64,000 bases of DNA from Lama glama (taxonomy: Eukaryota), in NCBI GenBank assembly GCA_028534125.1, contig CM052817.1:108564001-108628000 (forward strand). Direction: 5' to 3'. Position numbers and translations under genes: made by a program. The notes under the pieces are model-generated. The model was not told where the DNA came from. It worked only from the letters and a program-made list of their open reading frames with translations, and did not search any database. Shown here one piece after another: positions 1 to 11,449 of this stretch (position 1 is its first letter; every line of letters starts with the position of its first letter).

Positions 1-2625
1 TCATGTCTCCTCACAAATGGAACTTCTTTCTGGTGGACTTGGTCAAGTCCAGTCCAGCCCCTATTTTGAATTTTCACTCAGAATTCAAAGACTTATCTTC
101 TGGAATCTGTCCTGTCCTCTGTTTCATCTCCTCTTTTTAGACCACTTGCTTCTGGATCTTTGGTTTGTTTCTTGAACTACCATCCTAAGACTAGCTGTGG
201 CTGAAGAATTCTGCTAATGGTTATATTCAAGCCAGTTACACAATATCTTCATGTGTATGTTTACTTATTTTTTAATGATAGACCCACGGAATGATAAAAC
301 AAAGGAAGCTGACAGGAGATAGCTTGGCATGCTTAGGTATTCTCAGGATCATGATGAAAACTGTCTTTGCTTTGAGAAATATAATTTAACTGATCTATTT
401 TCCCACCAAAATTATGTGTTCTGTTATTAATTTATGGCACTCATGTCTTTGAAAAGCCTCACGTTTATATTTTATTAGTATTTTAACTTCCCTTTAAGAT
501 TGACAAGGGTTGTTGAACGTGGAGTGTGGGCTGGGGAGGTGACGTTTGCCTGCAGGCAGAATGGTGTGGATATTCATGAGTGTTAAGTTGGTTTGAACTT
601 AGCCTGTGAAAGGCAGTCCTGTCCAGTGTAAGTGTACTGCATTTATTCCTGCTCTCTTGGTGTGGAATTACTCCAGAAACCAAAGATCTTGCTACACATA
701 TAACTGATAAATCTCAAATAGTGCTTATGGAACTACAAACCCTTTATCAGTAATTGACAGCATTCCGAACATCAGATGGGAGGACGTGATCTGTATGGAA
801 TTGACCAAATTTATTATTTTGCCTGCCTTTGGATGTTACTCGTAAGAAATTCGTAGGCTCATTACATATAAGTTATGTGCATTCACCTTGGAACATAAAA
901 TCCTAAATATAAGTAGAGAATCTGACTTTTCAGCGTTAATGACTGCTAAATATAATAAGATGGAAAGAAATGCATTCCTATTTGATCGTTTCTTAGGAAT
1001 CATTTCCTTAGCCTAATGCAGACCTTGCCCTAAAACAGAATTTTAAATATTTTAAATATTCCCTGAGCTCATGAACGAATGGCCTTATTTGCCCTTTTTT
1101 GACAGAGGAAGTTTGTATTTGATTACCTTTTCATGATTATTACTCTTGATGAAATTGCTGGTTAACTCCATCTGAATGTTATAAATTACACGTCCAGTAC
1201 AGATGGAAAATTGACAGACGCTGGTTCTCCAAACAGACGAGGTTCTCCATTGAATACATCTTTTTCTTAAATAAGCATGTTTGTTTATAGGCTGTACAAT
1301 ATGATTTTATGCTTTGTCGCGTTAGCCAGTTTTTGTCATAATATCTCATGTAAATGCATTTCGCTGCTTAAAACATTTCAGAGCTCCTAACTTTTAATGT
1401 AAACTTTCTACACTAAATAATTTAATTCAACAAGACAGTTGATTCAGTATTGAAAAATGAAATCACTATTGAACTTTTAAAGTGAATGTTTCTTTTGTAA
1501 AGCGAATTAATCTGAATTTATTTATCTCTGTTCATTCTGGTTTTGGCCTCCTTGTGGTATCTGAAGTAACACAACTTAAGAATGAAAACTAATAGCATTG
1601 CCCAGACACATTTCCCTGTAGTGGTGTGTCTAATGTGTGGTAGGCAATTATATTCATTACTAATTGGTATGAATCAAAAGCTTTAAGGAGATTCTGTGTA
1701 TATATACTTGGCTCTTCATCCTGCAGGGTGATAGGTACAAAGATTATTGCTATTTGCCTCTCGTAATTGAGCTTTCGTAATTTTAAAACATTATATCCTA
1801 TTGTATACAACCAAAATAGGTGATTTTTACCATTATCTTAAGGCTCAAACGCCATACAGTCAAATCGTTACCATTTCTCTGTCTCACGCCTCAACACCAG
1901 AAGAATTTTGTAGATCTTCCTTGATGTGTCCTTTATGACTCAAAGTTAAGGTATTTAAGTGCACAGACAGGGAACACCAGTGATAATCACACCAGGATAA
2001 CAGGCCGGAACCACGGCCACTCCTGGAAAACCTAAACACGTCACTATGCAGTGATTTTGGTTGCATTTATAAAAATCTTAACTCTCATTGGCTTCAATAG
2101 TAAAAGTGAGGCACAGAGGTGGGCTGAGTTTGTTGTGTGGTTTGGGCTGGAATCTGGCTCCCAGTGGCTCTTCTACTGTGTATCTGTCTACCTCTGGGCA
2201 CTGACTCTTCCATCAGACCGGATTCAACAGGACTGCTTATTGGATACGGCAGTTCTAAACCTCATGTCTGCACCCAAAATGGTCCAATCCCCAACTGTTG
2301 AGAAAAAATAAATAAATGAATCATTGGATTCACTCTGACTGGCCCATTAGAGCCACCCATACAGTGAGGGGGATGGACTCGTGTTGACTTTCCAGATGTA
2401 TCTCTGGATTTTGTCAAAGTGGGTGTGCTTCACAGAGGGTGAGGGGAGCTGGGAGGGTGCTCACTGTGAAGACTCTCTCTGTACATGAAAGGTCTGCCGT
2501 GAACGCCCTGAACACAGGCCCTCATTTCCTGCTGTTGCTCATAGTTAGACAGGAGGCCAATGGCTGAATTCTTTTACTTCTTATTAGACACAGAAGAATT
2601 CAAACCTTTTTTAAAAAGATAGTGT

Positions 2626-3163
2626 TGTTACTGAGTCCAAACTCATTCTGCTCACTGCATGACAGGCCAGTAAATCAGGAGACAAGGTGTCGGGGCAAGG
2701 AATAGTGACTTTATTCTGACAGCCAGCAGACCGAGAAGATAGGGGACTAATGTCCTGGAGAACCATCTTCCCCAAGTCAGAATTCAGGCTTCTTTTCTAC
2801 TAAAGAGGGGAGGGGGTGTGGTTGGTTGTACAAACTTTTTGGAATCCTTCATTCTTGCAGCTGTCCACGTGTGTCAGCTCATGGTTCCCATGTGTGTCAG
2901 CTCATGGTGCCCCTGTAAAACCTCTAACAAAACAAACATCATTTTCTGTTCTGCAACTTGTTATCTTTATATAAGTGCAAAAGTGTTAATATCTTTAAAG
3001 GTCAGAGCCTTGAGAATAAGCTCTTCTGTATATTTCAGGCTAAAGGCAACATTCTTTTACAAAAGGTGCAGAGCCAGCGTGACAGAGCCCAGGACACAGA
3101 GCCCAGGGTTAGAGCCAAAGGAACAGGTCTAATGAGGAGTCAGATTTGTTCTTTTCTGTTACA
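2626..3163 (-). mobile_element. Solo ERV1-type LTR (resembles cetartiodactyl MER41-like LTRs)
   Basis: TGTTA...TTACA termini, about 540 bp, AATAAA on the minus strand near 2710, two short internal tandem duplications. No clean 4-bp TSD. Family assignment is from recall. Confidence 0.75.
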
Positions 3164-4009
3164 GGCTAAGGAAATGACAACATTTCTTCAAAGTTATCCT
3201 TTTCCCCTCCTTCTTCAGTCAGCGTGTAGGAGGGAATCAGAAATTGGCCATTTCTGCCAAAAAATGACAGCTTCTTGCTTAATCAATTTGATCCTTGTGA
3301 AAGTTGGATTCCGTATACATATTGAACAATTCTGATTATCTTCCCTAGCAATCTCCTATCAGAAAAACTTGGTACCTGATAATCACTTTTCTTCCTCACT
3401 GTATTTGAACTAGATAGACTATGATGACCAAAGTGTCTCCTTCATGTAATACTGATTTGTAATTATCAAGGTAGTTAATTTATACAAATATCACTTCATT
3501 TGAACTTTAAAACAGCCTCTGGTTATCTTTAATTTATTTAAAAAAAAACCCTGATATCAAGTGTCTTGCCTAAAATCACAGGTTTTATCAGCACTGATTC
3601 ATATTTCAAAGTTAAAATAATGACAATAATTGTGGCATTCTCAGTCTGGTAAAATTATAGAACATGTTTTATTTAAAAATAAGTTACCATGTTTAGAAAA
3701 TGGCAAATCTCAGTAATGAGTAATCTGAAACCTGTCACCTTCAGCTAAAAAATATATATATATATACATATGTAGATGAACATACACATATTTTACTCAA
3801 AGTTCATCTCTTATAATCATAGGTTGTATGAACTTTGAGTAAAATATCAATATGAGTTAAGGGACTTTAGCTGGAGAAGAATATACATTGTAAAAGCTGC
3901 TTATTCTTATAAGTACGGTCTGAGGACGCTTAGGAATGAAAGATGGAATGTTGAAATCATATGTGAAACTGGTTTTTTTTTTTTTTGGCCATGTTCTATT
4001 ATAGCAAGT

Positions 4010-4230
4010 TTCTTTACAGCACCAGTGTATACTAGGCAGTGCCAGGTGCCAGGTATAAAGCGAGGTACAGGTGTGGACATGAAAATCCGTCTTCCCTGGA
4101 AGTTTTTCTGCCTCACTAGAAGGTCAGAGTGTGGTGGGAAAGAGAGAGACGTCAGCTCATACGTGATGATTAGAATGTGCACAATGAGGATGAAGGATTA
4201 CATCCCCAAAAAGGGCACTTCTGACGTGGG
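4010..4230 (-). mobile_element. Degraded L2 fragment
   Basis: gtgccaggtgccaggtata...cttccctggaagttttt resembles the reverse complement of the L2 3' end. Confidence 0.4.
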
Positions 4231-7026
4231 TTTTGATAATTGAATATGGAGCTTACTGGTATACCTAGTCTAGGAATGATCCCAAATAAGAGTCCCAGAG
4301 CTGTCCCATTAAGAGGACAAGGCATTGTTTTGTTTCTGGTGTCCCAACACCTCTGGACAGAGAGTGAACCTTAATAGGTTATCAATATATGATTTCTGAC
4401 TGCTCACCCCCTTGAGGAGTAAAATGATTAACTATGTTCTGGAATAAATTCAAGATCCTCAGTTGGACATATTTTAAATAATTATATTTGTTTTTTATGG
4501 CTTACTTAATGTGGCAATCTCTTTTATTTTTCCTCAGCGAACATTTATTCTTGTAATTTGTAAAAGGTGTGCGGTAGACATCACTAACTTTTTTGATTGT
4601 CTTTGTTTTAATTTGCCATTGTTTTAAAGGTATGGGAGATGGTAGATTGATTCAGTGATAAAACAAAAACTAGAGTCTGAGTTTTCTGTCTAGCATATTA
4701 TTGTACTTTTATATTAGTCATCAGAATTTAGAATATTAAGCACGAAAATGGTGTACTTGTATATAGTTTGGAATGTATATAGAGTGACTTGTTTGCATGT
4801 GGAATTCAAGTATGCCTTTTCTCTACAAAATCAGAAAAAGCTTAGGTGAGATTACTCTGGATTTTCTAGGCAAAAAGGTGCCAATTTATGGAGCCAGTGC
4901 AACTAGCCATATATACATATAGTATATAGGTATGCATATGTATATACGTGTGTGTATGTATATATATGTCATATGAGTTTAATCAACTTTTGTTAAAAGT
5001 GAAATTTGTTAATGGAGAGTTAATGAGATTGAAAGTAGAAATAGCCATATAAAAACTAGCAAGATTAAGGTAAAGAAATACTATCACAGACAAAAAAAAA
5101 AAAAAAAGTGGCGAGCAGAGCAAATTCTACCTTGCTCAGAAAATTCTTTTTTGATGTTATCTTTTTAAATAATACAACTTCTTCAATAATTACATTTTTA
5201 TTGCTTTTTATGATTCTCTTATCCCTGCCCCCTTTCATTCATAATAAATGCACCTGAAAGGGACCGACAGTATGAAATGCAGGGCAAATATCGCGAAATC
5301 ACTCTGATTTTAATGATAAGCTTACTGACTATATACAGATGTGTGATGACTCTTTGTTCTGAATTGTGTGTGTCCGTGCATAGTTGACAGTTTTGCAGTA
5401 TTTACATTATTAATCTCACATCCTTTCCTTTTCTGTTTTTGTTTCACGTTAGTTTTCAATGCTTTTTGCCTTAAGGAGAGTTGAGCAGGATAGTATGATA
5501 TGGTGTATAATGTTAATTTTTAAAAATTTACTGTTTATGTGCATTTTCATTTTTCATGCTAATCTGATTATCTAGATAAAACAAGACTTAGTCCCGTTTA
5601 GGGGACATTTGCAAGGAGCGTGTTGTAGATAATGATTTGGCTACAAGCATTTGGTTTATTGGCATTGGCACTTTCTCTGAGCATGCTGTCCATTGGACAC
5701 AGGAAAAGCAAACGTTCCATAAAGTAGTCACAAAATCTATACTTGCCTCATCCCTAAAACCCCAGTAAAGCTGTATGTTTGAAGAGATGATTTTTTTAAA
5801 CAACCAAACTATAAATGCAGAGTCTTAACTTGGTAGAACCTAGTCTAGTGTTTGTTGTTTCTTCTTCTCTTCTTTTTTTTTGATTAAAGGCCTGGTTGTT
5901 TGAGATTTACATAAAATGTTGACAGTCGTGTGCAAATCATATGTATTCGGTGCAAACCTCACTGTATTCTGAGATGATTTGAGGGAGCAGCAATTTAACT
6001 TAAAAGGACATTTACAATTCTTTTACCACAATTAAGGCCTAGCTTTTCAGTCTTTAAATTATGTTCAATTATAGTTTAATGGAATTGTGAACTATAAAGG
6101 AAAAAAAGATGCAAACTCAATTTAAGTATATACATTTTAGCCATGAGTGTTTTTGACTGGAGTTACAAAAATAGACTTCAGATCTTTCAGTGGCAATGTA
6201 GTGTTCTAGACTCCATATGAGGGAATAAACACTGCTGTATTTGTAAAGAGGGCCTTGAATGATATAAGGCACTCTTTTTTTTTTTTTTGAGACCAAATGG
6301 GGCAAATAGTAAATTTTAATAGACCTGACTGAAAAAAAAATAATTCATTTAAAAATGCTAGTTGCCAAAATGAGAAGGACTCTTGATATAAACTAGTGCT
6401 TTAAAACTCCTCTGAAATATGTAGACTATCGTATTACTACTTACAGAGTGGGGAAATGTCTCATTTTTAAAAGAATTCTTTGAAAACTGACAATATATTA
6501 ATTTAGTTTTAGGAGTAAATTATCATTGTTTTCTTAAAAAAACTTGTCAGTATAGAGGAGAATTCATTTAACTGTGTTCTTAGGAGATAAGTCATGGTGA
6601 TAAATGATGTGCATAGGAGAAATATTGATCATCTCATATTTGGCAGTATAGCCTATGGCTGTATTGAACAATAGTATCCAATAAGAGGGAGCCTACTTCT
6701 GCTCAGGTTACTTATTGTTGGGGAAAAGTTTAGGCACTGGGAAGAGAGCAGCTGAAATTAAACTGCTTAATTTAAAAATTCCATGGTGCTTAAAGCATAT
6801 TTACCACTATGATGATACTCCCCATAATATGCACTGAATATATTTAAAGAAAATTACGTTTGTCTTTATCTTGTCTTCCTAATTAACAGTTAAACAATAT
6901 AAAATAACACCTACCAGACTCATTGTTGAAACAGCTGTTTAAGAGAACAAAAAATTTGCTTTAAGAATTATAACTACAACTTGTTAAAATCATGTTGGGC
7001 CTTTTAACAATAAGACAAATATTCTT

Positions 7027-7250
7027 ATTTTATTTTATTTTATTTTATTTTTTATGCTTTTTTAAAATTGAAGTGTAGTTGATTTACAGTGTTAGTTTCA
7101 GGTGTACAGCAAAGTGATTCAGTTATACATAGACATACATGTGTACATTTTCAGTTTCTTTTCCATTACAGCTCATTACAAGAAATTGAACGTCCATAAT
7201 TCCCTGTGCCGTACAGGAGGTCCTTGTTGTTTTTCTATTTTATATGTAGT
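7027..7250 (-). mobile_element. 5'-truncated L1 3' UTR
   Basis: (TTTTA)n tail followed by ttgaagtgtagttgatttacag...tttcaggtgtacagcaaagtgattcagttatacat, the L1 3' end in reverse. Near-identical to other copies in this window. Confidence 0.9.
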
Positions 7251-7469
7251 AATCATATCCTAACTAATGAATGACCCTTGACATTGTGTTTTCAATTCAG
7301 CGTTTCTTAGAGCAGTGTTCTTAAATTGGATTCTATCCCTATGAAATAGGTATTTTGAGTCACATGGATACTAAGTGAAATGTCATCGCCATTACCATCA
7401 CCGTAACTGCTGTTGAAGACTGGGGGCAAGCAGTCCAAATAGCTTTGTGCGTAGTGTAAGATGTGCCCG

Positions 7470-8013
7470 TCCTCTCCTGTTATCTAAGAAAGGACCACTA
7501 ACCAGCATCAAACACGCCTTGCTTGCTCTCAGCTCTCGGGCTCAGGAGTCCAGGCACTGGCCTGGGCCACTGGGCTTCTGCTCAGTGTCTACAAGACTGA
7601 AACCATGGTGCCATCTAGCCTTGAGTCCTTTCTGGAGGCTGCCTAAGAGTCTGCTTCCAAGTCACGGATGTCTCTTGTGGCCTCGGGATGGAGTCCCCGC
7701 CCTCCTGCTAGCACTCAGCTCCCACACCTTCGGCACCTGGCTGCTTGTCTTCTCAAGGCCAGAAAAACACAGACTTTCCCTCCTGTTGAGTCTCTCTCCC
7801 ACTTTGAATTTGTGAGTTTAGGAGGAACCCAACTTCTATTATGGGCTCACCTGTTAGGCGAGGCCCACCCTGCAGTCTAGCTTTTGATTAAGTCAGAGTT
7901 AACACACCTGATCAGGGGAGTCACAGCCCATCCTCCTCACAGCTCCTGCCCTCTCTGGGCAGGGGTCCTACACACGTGAGGGACATCGGGGTCACTTAAA
8001 GTCTGCCTTCCAG
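7470..8013 (-). mobile_element. Old MaLR LTR (MLT1-like)
   Basis: Motifs tctggaggct...gagtctgcttccaag, ggagtccccg, gggctcacctgttaggcgaggcccacc and terminal ggggtcacttaaagtctgccttccaga resemble MLT1. Boundaries approximate. Confidence 0.6.
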
Positions 8014-8109
8014 AGTGGGAAGTGAGTTTATCAGTGTGAAATCAGAGTTTAAAATAATGAGTAGGGAAATTGGGCACTAGGGAATTCTTTGGTTAACAGG
8101 CAGGTATGA

Positions 8110-8313
8110 TGGACAGATGCACAGTACTATGTATAAAAGAGATAAACAACAAGGACTTACTGTATGGCACAGGAGCTATATTCAGTGTCTTGTAATAACC
8201 TATAATGGAAAAGAATCTAAAAAAGAATATATATAAATATATAATAATTGAATCCCTTAGCTGTACACCTGAAACTAACACAACATTGTAAATCAGCTAC
8301 ACTTTAATAAAAA
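8110..8313 (+). mobile_element. 5'-truncated L1 3' UTR
   Basis: gataaacaacaaggacttactgtatggcacagg...aataacctataatggaaaagaatc...gctgtacacctgaaactaacacaacattgtaaatc ending in aataaaaaa. Confidence 0.9.
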
Positions 8314-9461
8314 ATGAGGGGGGATTAGGGTGTGGGAGTGAAAGCATTGAAGAGGAAAAGGCAGAAAAATATAATAGAAAAAGAAGAGAGAAGAAAAATG
8401 TACTTTAGTGTAAAATGTCATATGACTGAAGAGGCCTTAGACAAGTCTTTATTACACAGTTTGATGGGACATGCCTGAAAGGAGAAAATAAAATGAGAAA
8501 CCTGTCATACTTCTGCAAGTAACTATGTGTTTATTGAGACTGGATGTTGGGAGAAGGACAAATAAAGGAAAAAGTGATGTTTATAATATGATATAAAACA
8601 ATACTCTTTATCTCTCTGTAATTACTGCAAATGCAACGTCCACTATCATAAAGTGTATCTCTAAATCATGACAACCAAAGAGGTACTCGTAGAATTTAAA
8701 ATTGTTGTCTCAATATTACAAGTATATGAAAGTTGCACCAAAAAAAGGCCCCATTGGGAATTATACCGTGCACATGCCTTCAACGTCTGGTTTAGGACTT
8801 TTAAATTGTTTTAGAGATTGAATAAAAGATTGTTTAAAACTTTTTTTAAATGGAATTTAGCATACTTAAATGGATTGGATTTTCATGGCCTGAAAGAGCG
8901 TAATTCTCTTCTTAGATTTTCTTTGTGCGGATAACAAGCTGCTCATTTTCCATGTTTTGTCTCAGTATTAACTCTCAAGTGGCTGGATATATGAACGCTT
9001 CTCTCTCAACAATACCAATTCGCCCTTCCCCTCTTCTCTCCCCAACAATCGAATCAAAAGAGAGAGATCATTAACACGATGCTGTTAACAACGTAGTTCA
9101 GCATTTTGCAGAGCAGAAGGTTGCCGTGTCTAATAAACTTGGAAGCTGTTTTATACTGTAGTCTCCTCTTAGAAATTTAAAATTCATTTGAGCTTTTTAA
9201 AGTCACTGAGAAGTCCTGCAGCATTTCTTATAATTTACTATCTTCACAGAGTGCTGATAGTTCCCTTACAACAAGGAATTGAGACCATTATTTTGATCCC
9301 ATTTCTTTTTTCAAGGTCATTTAAAGGTTGGGATCATCTGGTAATTATGGTTCATATGAAACTTGGGGCTTGTATTGGATAACTTTTTTCAGAAGTTCGT
9401 TTGAAACCCATAATTTTTAAAATGTCTAAGTGTGTGTTCATGCCTGTGTTTTTACTTTTAG

Positions 9462-9657
9462 GAGTACAAGATCCCCAGCATGAGCGAATTATTACTGTGT
9501 CTACTAATGGAAGTATTCACAGTCCGAGGTTCCCTCATACTTACCCAAGAAATATGGTCTTGGTGTGGAGATTAGTAGCAGTAGAGGAAAATGTGTGGAT
9601 ACAGCTCACATTTGATGAAAGATTTGGGCTCGAAGACCCAGAAGATGACATATGCAA
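9462..9657 (+). CDS. PDGFC: PDGF-C exon 2 (N-terminal half of the CUB domain)
   Basis: Translates (G)VQDPQHERIITVSTNGSIHSPRFPHTYPRNMVLVWRLVAVEENVWIQLTFDERFGLEDPEDDIC(K), which matches mammalian PDGF-C. Acceptor tttactttta-G at 9460-9461; donor GTAAGT at 9658. 196 bp, phase 1 in and phase 2 out. The NGS glycosylation sequon is present. Confidence 0.98.
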
Positions 9658-9892
9658 GTAAGTTATCACACTCGAAATGCCCGCAGAGTGTAACAACTCT
9701 TACAGTCTTTCCAGTTGCTTCACTTTGATGATGTGATTTTCAGTGCCATCTTTTGTTGTTATATTTTTCTGATGAGCCAAGAAATTTACAGCCTTGTTTA
9801 TGGTATGTTTCTGTCTACTTCTGAAAATAATTTGAGGTGATCTGTGGTCAAAAATACATATTGAGTAAAACAATTTAAAATAAGGAATAGAG

Positions 9893-10047
9893 GGGGGAGG
9901 GTATAGCCCAGTGGTAGAGTGTCTGCTTAGCATAGCATGCACGCGGTTCAATCCCCAGTACCTCCATTAAAATATACATGTAAATAAATAAACCTAATTA
10001 CCTCCCCCCAAAGAAAAAGTCAAAATAAGTAAATTAATTAATTTAAA
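9893..10047 (+). mobile_element. tRNA-derived SINE (Vic-1-like, camelid)
   Basis: A box tagcccagtgg, B box ggttcaatcc, 3' aataaacctaattacctccccc and an A-rich tail. Perfect 16-bp TSD aaaataaggaatagag at 9877-9892 and 10048-10063, at a ttt/aaaa L1 endonuclease site. Confidence 0.92.
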
Positions 10048-10769
10048 AAAATAAGGAATAGAGAATTAAAAAGCCACGTAAAGGGATGCAGTGTGCCAGA
10101 GTTACCGTTAGTGCCCACAATTTTACGTCTGAGCTTCCTCAGCCAATTCAATAAAACAGATACTAAATTATTGAAAGAAAAAGCAGTATGCATGGATACT
10201 TAGAGTACCCACAGGTACACATATAGATACATACACACACAGGACGAAGAAGAAACACACGTTCTGAAAGTAGATTTAGGAATGTCAGCTGACATTCCAG
10301 TTGGCCAGGTGGAAATTCACCGTAATTCTAGAAGTGCTCACGAGCCAAAGTCAGCTAGAGCATTTCACCCGGGCAAAGGACCACCTGCCGCATGGCATAC
10401 AAATACTGCTCCATAAACCCTGTGTGCATACGCTTGTCAAGGTTGGGTGGTCTCATGGGAGACTTTGACTTCAGTGTCATTTGTGTATCATGCAAATATC
10501 TTCCCTGAGCTTCTTTGCAGGGTTCTTTATTTTCTCTTTGGTATACAAGTTCAAAGAGAATTTTTGCCTTACGGTATATTGCAGATAAATATTTTAGTCC
10601 GGATGAAATAAACTTTATACTTGCTGTCACCATAATTTGTATCTTGACCATTTATATAGCGAGTTACATTCTGTTTCAGTTTCTTCTTTCTGTGGCTCTG
10701 CATCTCAGGGTTTTTTTTCCCTTACATGTGTAACCTTAGCCTTTGAAAACTAGACGTTGTCCTAGCTGT

Positions 10770-10900
10770 CGTTAGAGATGGTGTTTTCCAGCCCTTCATT
10801 TTATAGGTGAGGACACAGGGGCCAGAGAAGCCAAGTGAGCAGCGTGAGGTCTCATTCATGGTTTCTAACTAAACTGATTTTAAAATCCGTTTTCCTCACA
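10770..10900 (-). mobile_element. MIR fragment
   Basis: cccttcattttataggtgaggacacaggggccagagaagccaagtg resembles the MIR core. Confidence 0.55.
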
Positions 10901-10973
10901 GTGCTGTAGATAGTTTATCACCACGTTAAACTGCAGCTCTTGCCTTCTCGTCATACGGAGGGTCACATAATCC

Positions 10974-11210
10974 TGTCAAAATTGCCAAGGGTCTGAGATT
11001 TTGCCCTCCCCGCAGAGGAGCAGGTGAGCCTAGCACGGCTGCATGGACGCCGACCGCAGACCTGAGGCTCCCGGGTCAGAGACGAGGGGCTGAGGACAGC
11101 CCTCGCCAGAGGCCCAGTGCTCTCTGGCCCCGTCCCCACAGGTCCGGGCCAGGAGGGACACGTGGCCCCTGCGCACCTGGTGCTTTACGTGGCAGGAGAG
11201 GCAGCACTGG
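10974..11210 (-). mobile_element. Old ERV1 LTR fragment (MER34-like), unusually GC-rich
   Basis: caagggtctgagattttgccct...catggacgccgaccgcagacctgaggctcccgggtcagagac resembles an ancient ERV1 LTR end. Family from recall. Confidence 0.45.
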
Positions 11211-11449
11211 AGGTGCGTGTGTGGGTGACTGTGATGCATTTATTAATCGTCAGATGATAAAAAAAAATAAACTGTTGTACAGAATGCCTCACCTCGCGTG
11301 GGACTCAGCTTCACTCAGCCTGAGACTCAACCCCATAAAAGTGGCTCTTCCAATAGTTCTGAGGTCCCTTTCCTTGTGCCAGCCCGAGAGCACCTGCTTC
11401 TCAGTCCTGCAACACAATCATTGTCCTGACTTCCCTTTTTTGACTCTGA

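Noticed and set aside
9401..9461. N-terminal ORF extensions before exon 2 (and 41369-41538 before exon 3)
   Set aside because: They are intronic read-through upstream of canonical acceptors, with no PDGF-C similarity.
9893..9965. tRNA gene (also at the other A/B-box copies)
   Set aside because: The tRNA-like heads carry a shared non-tRNA 3' region, A-rich tails and TSDs, so they are SINEs.
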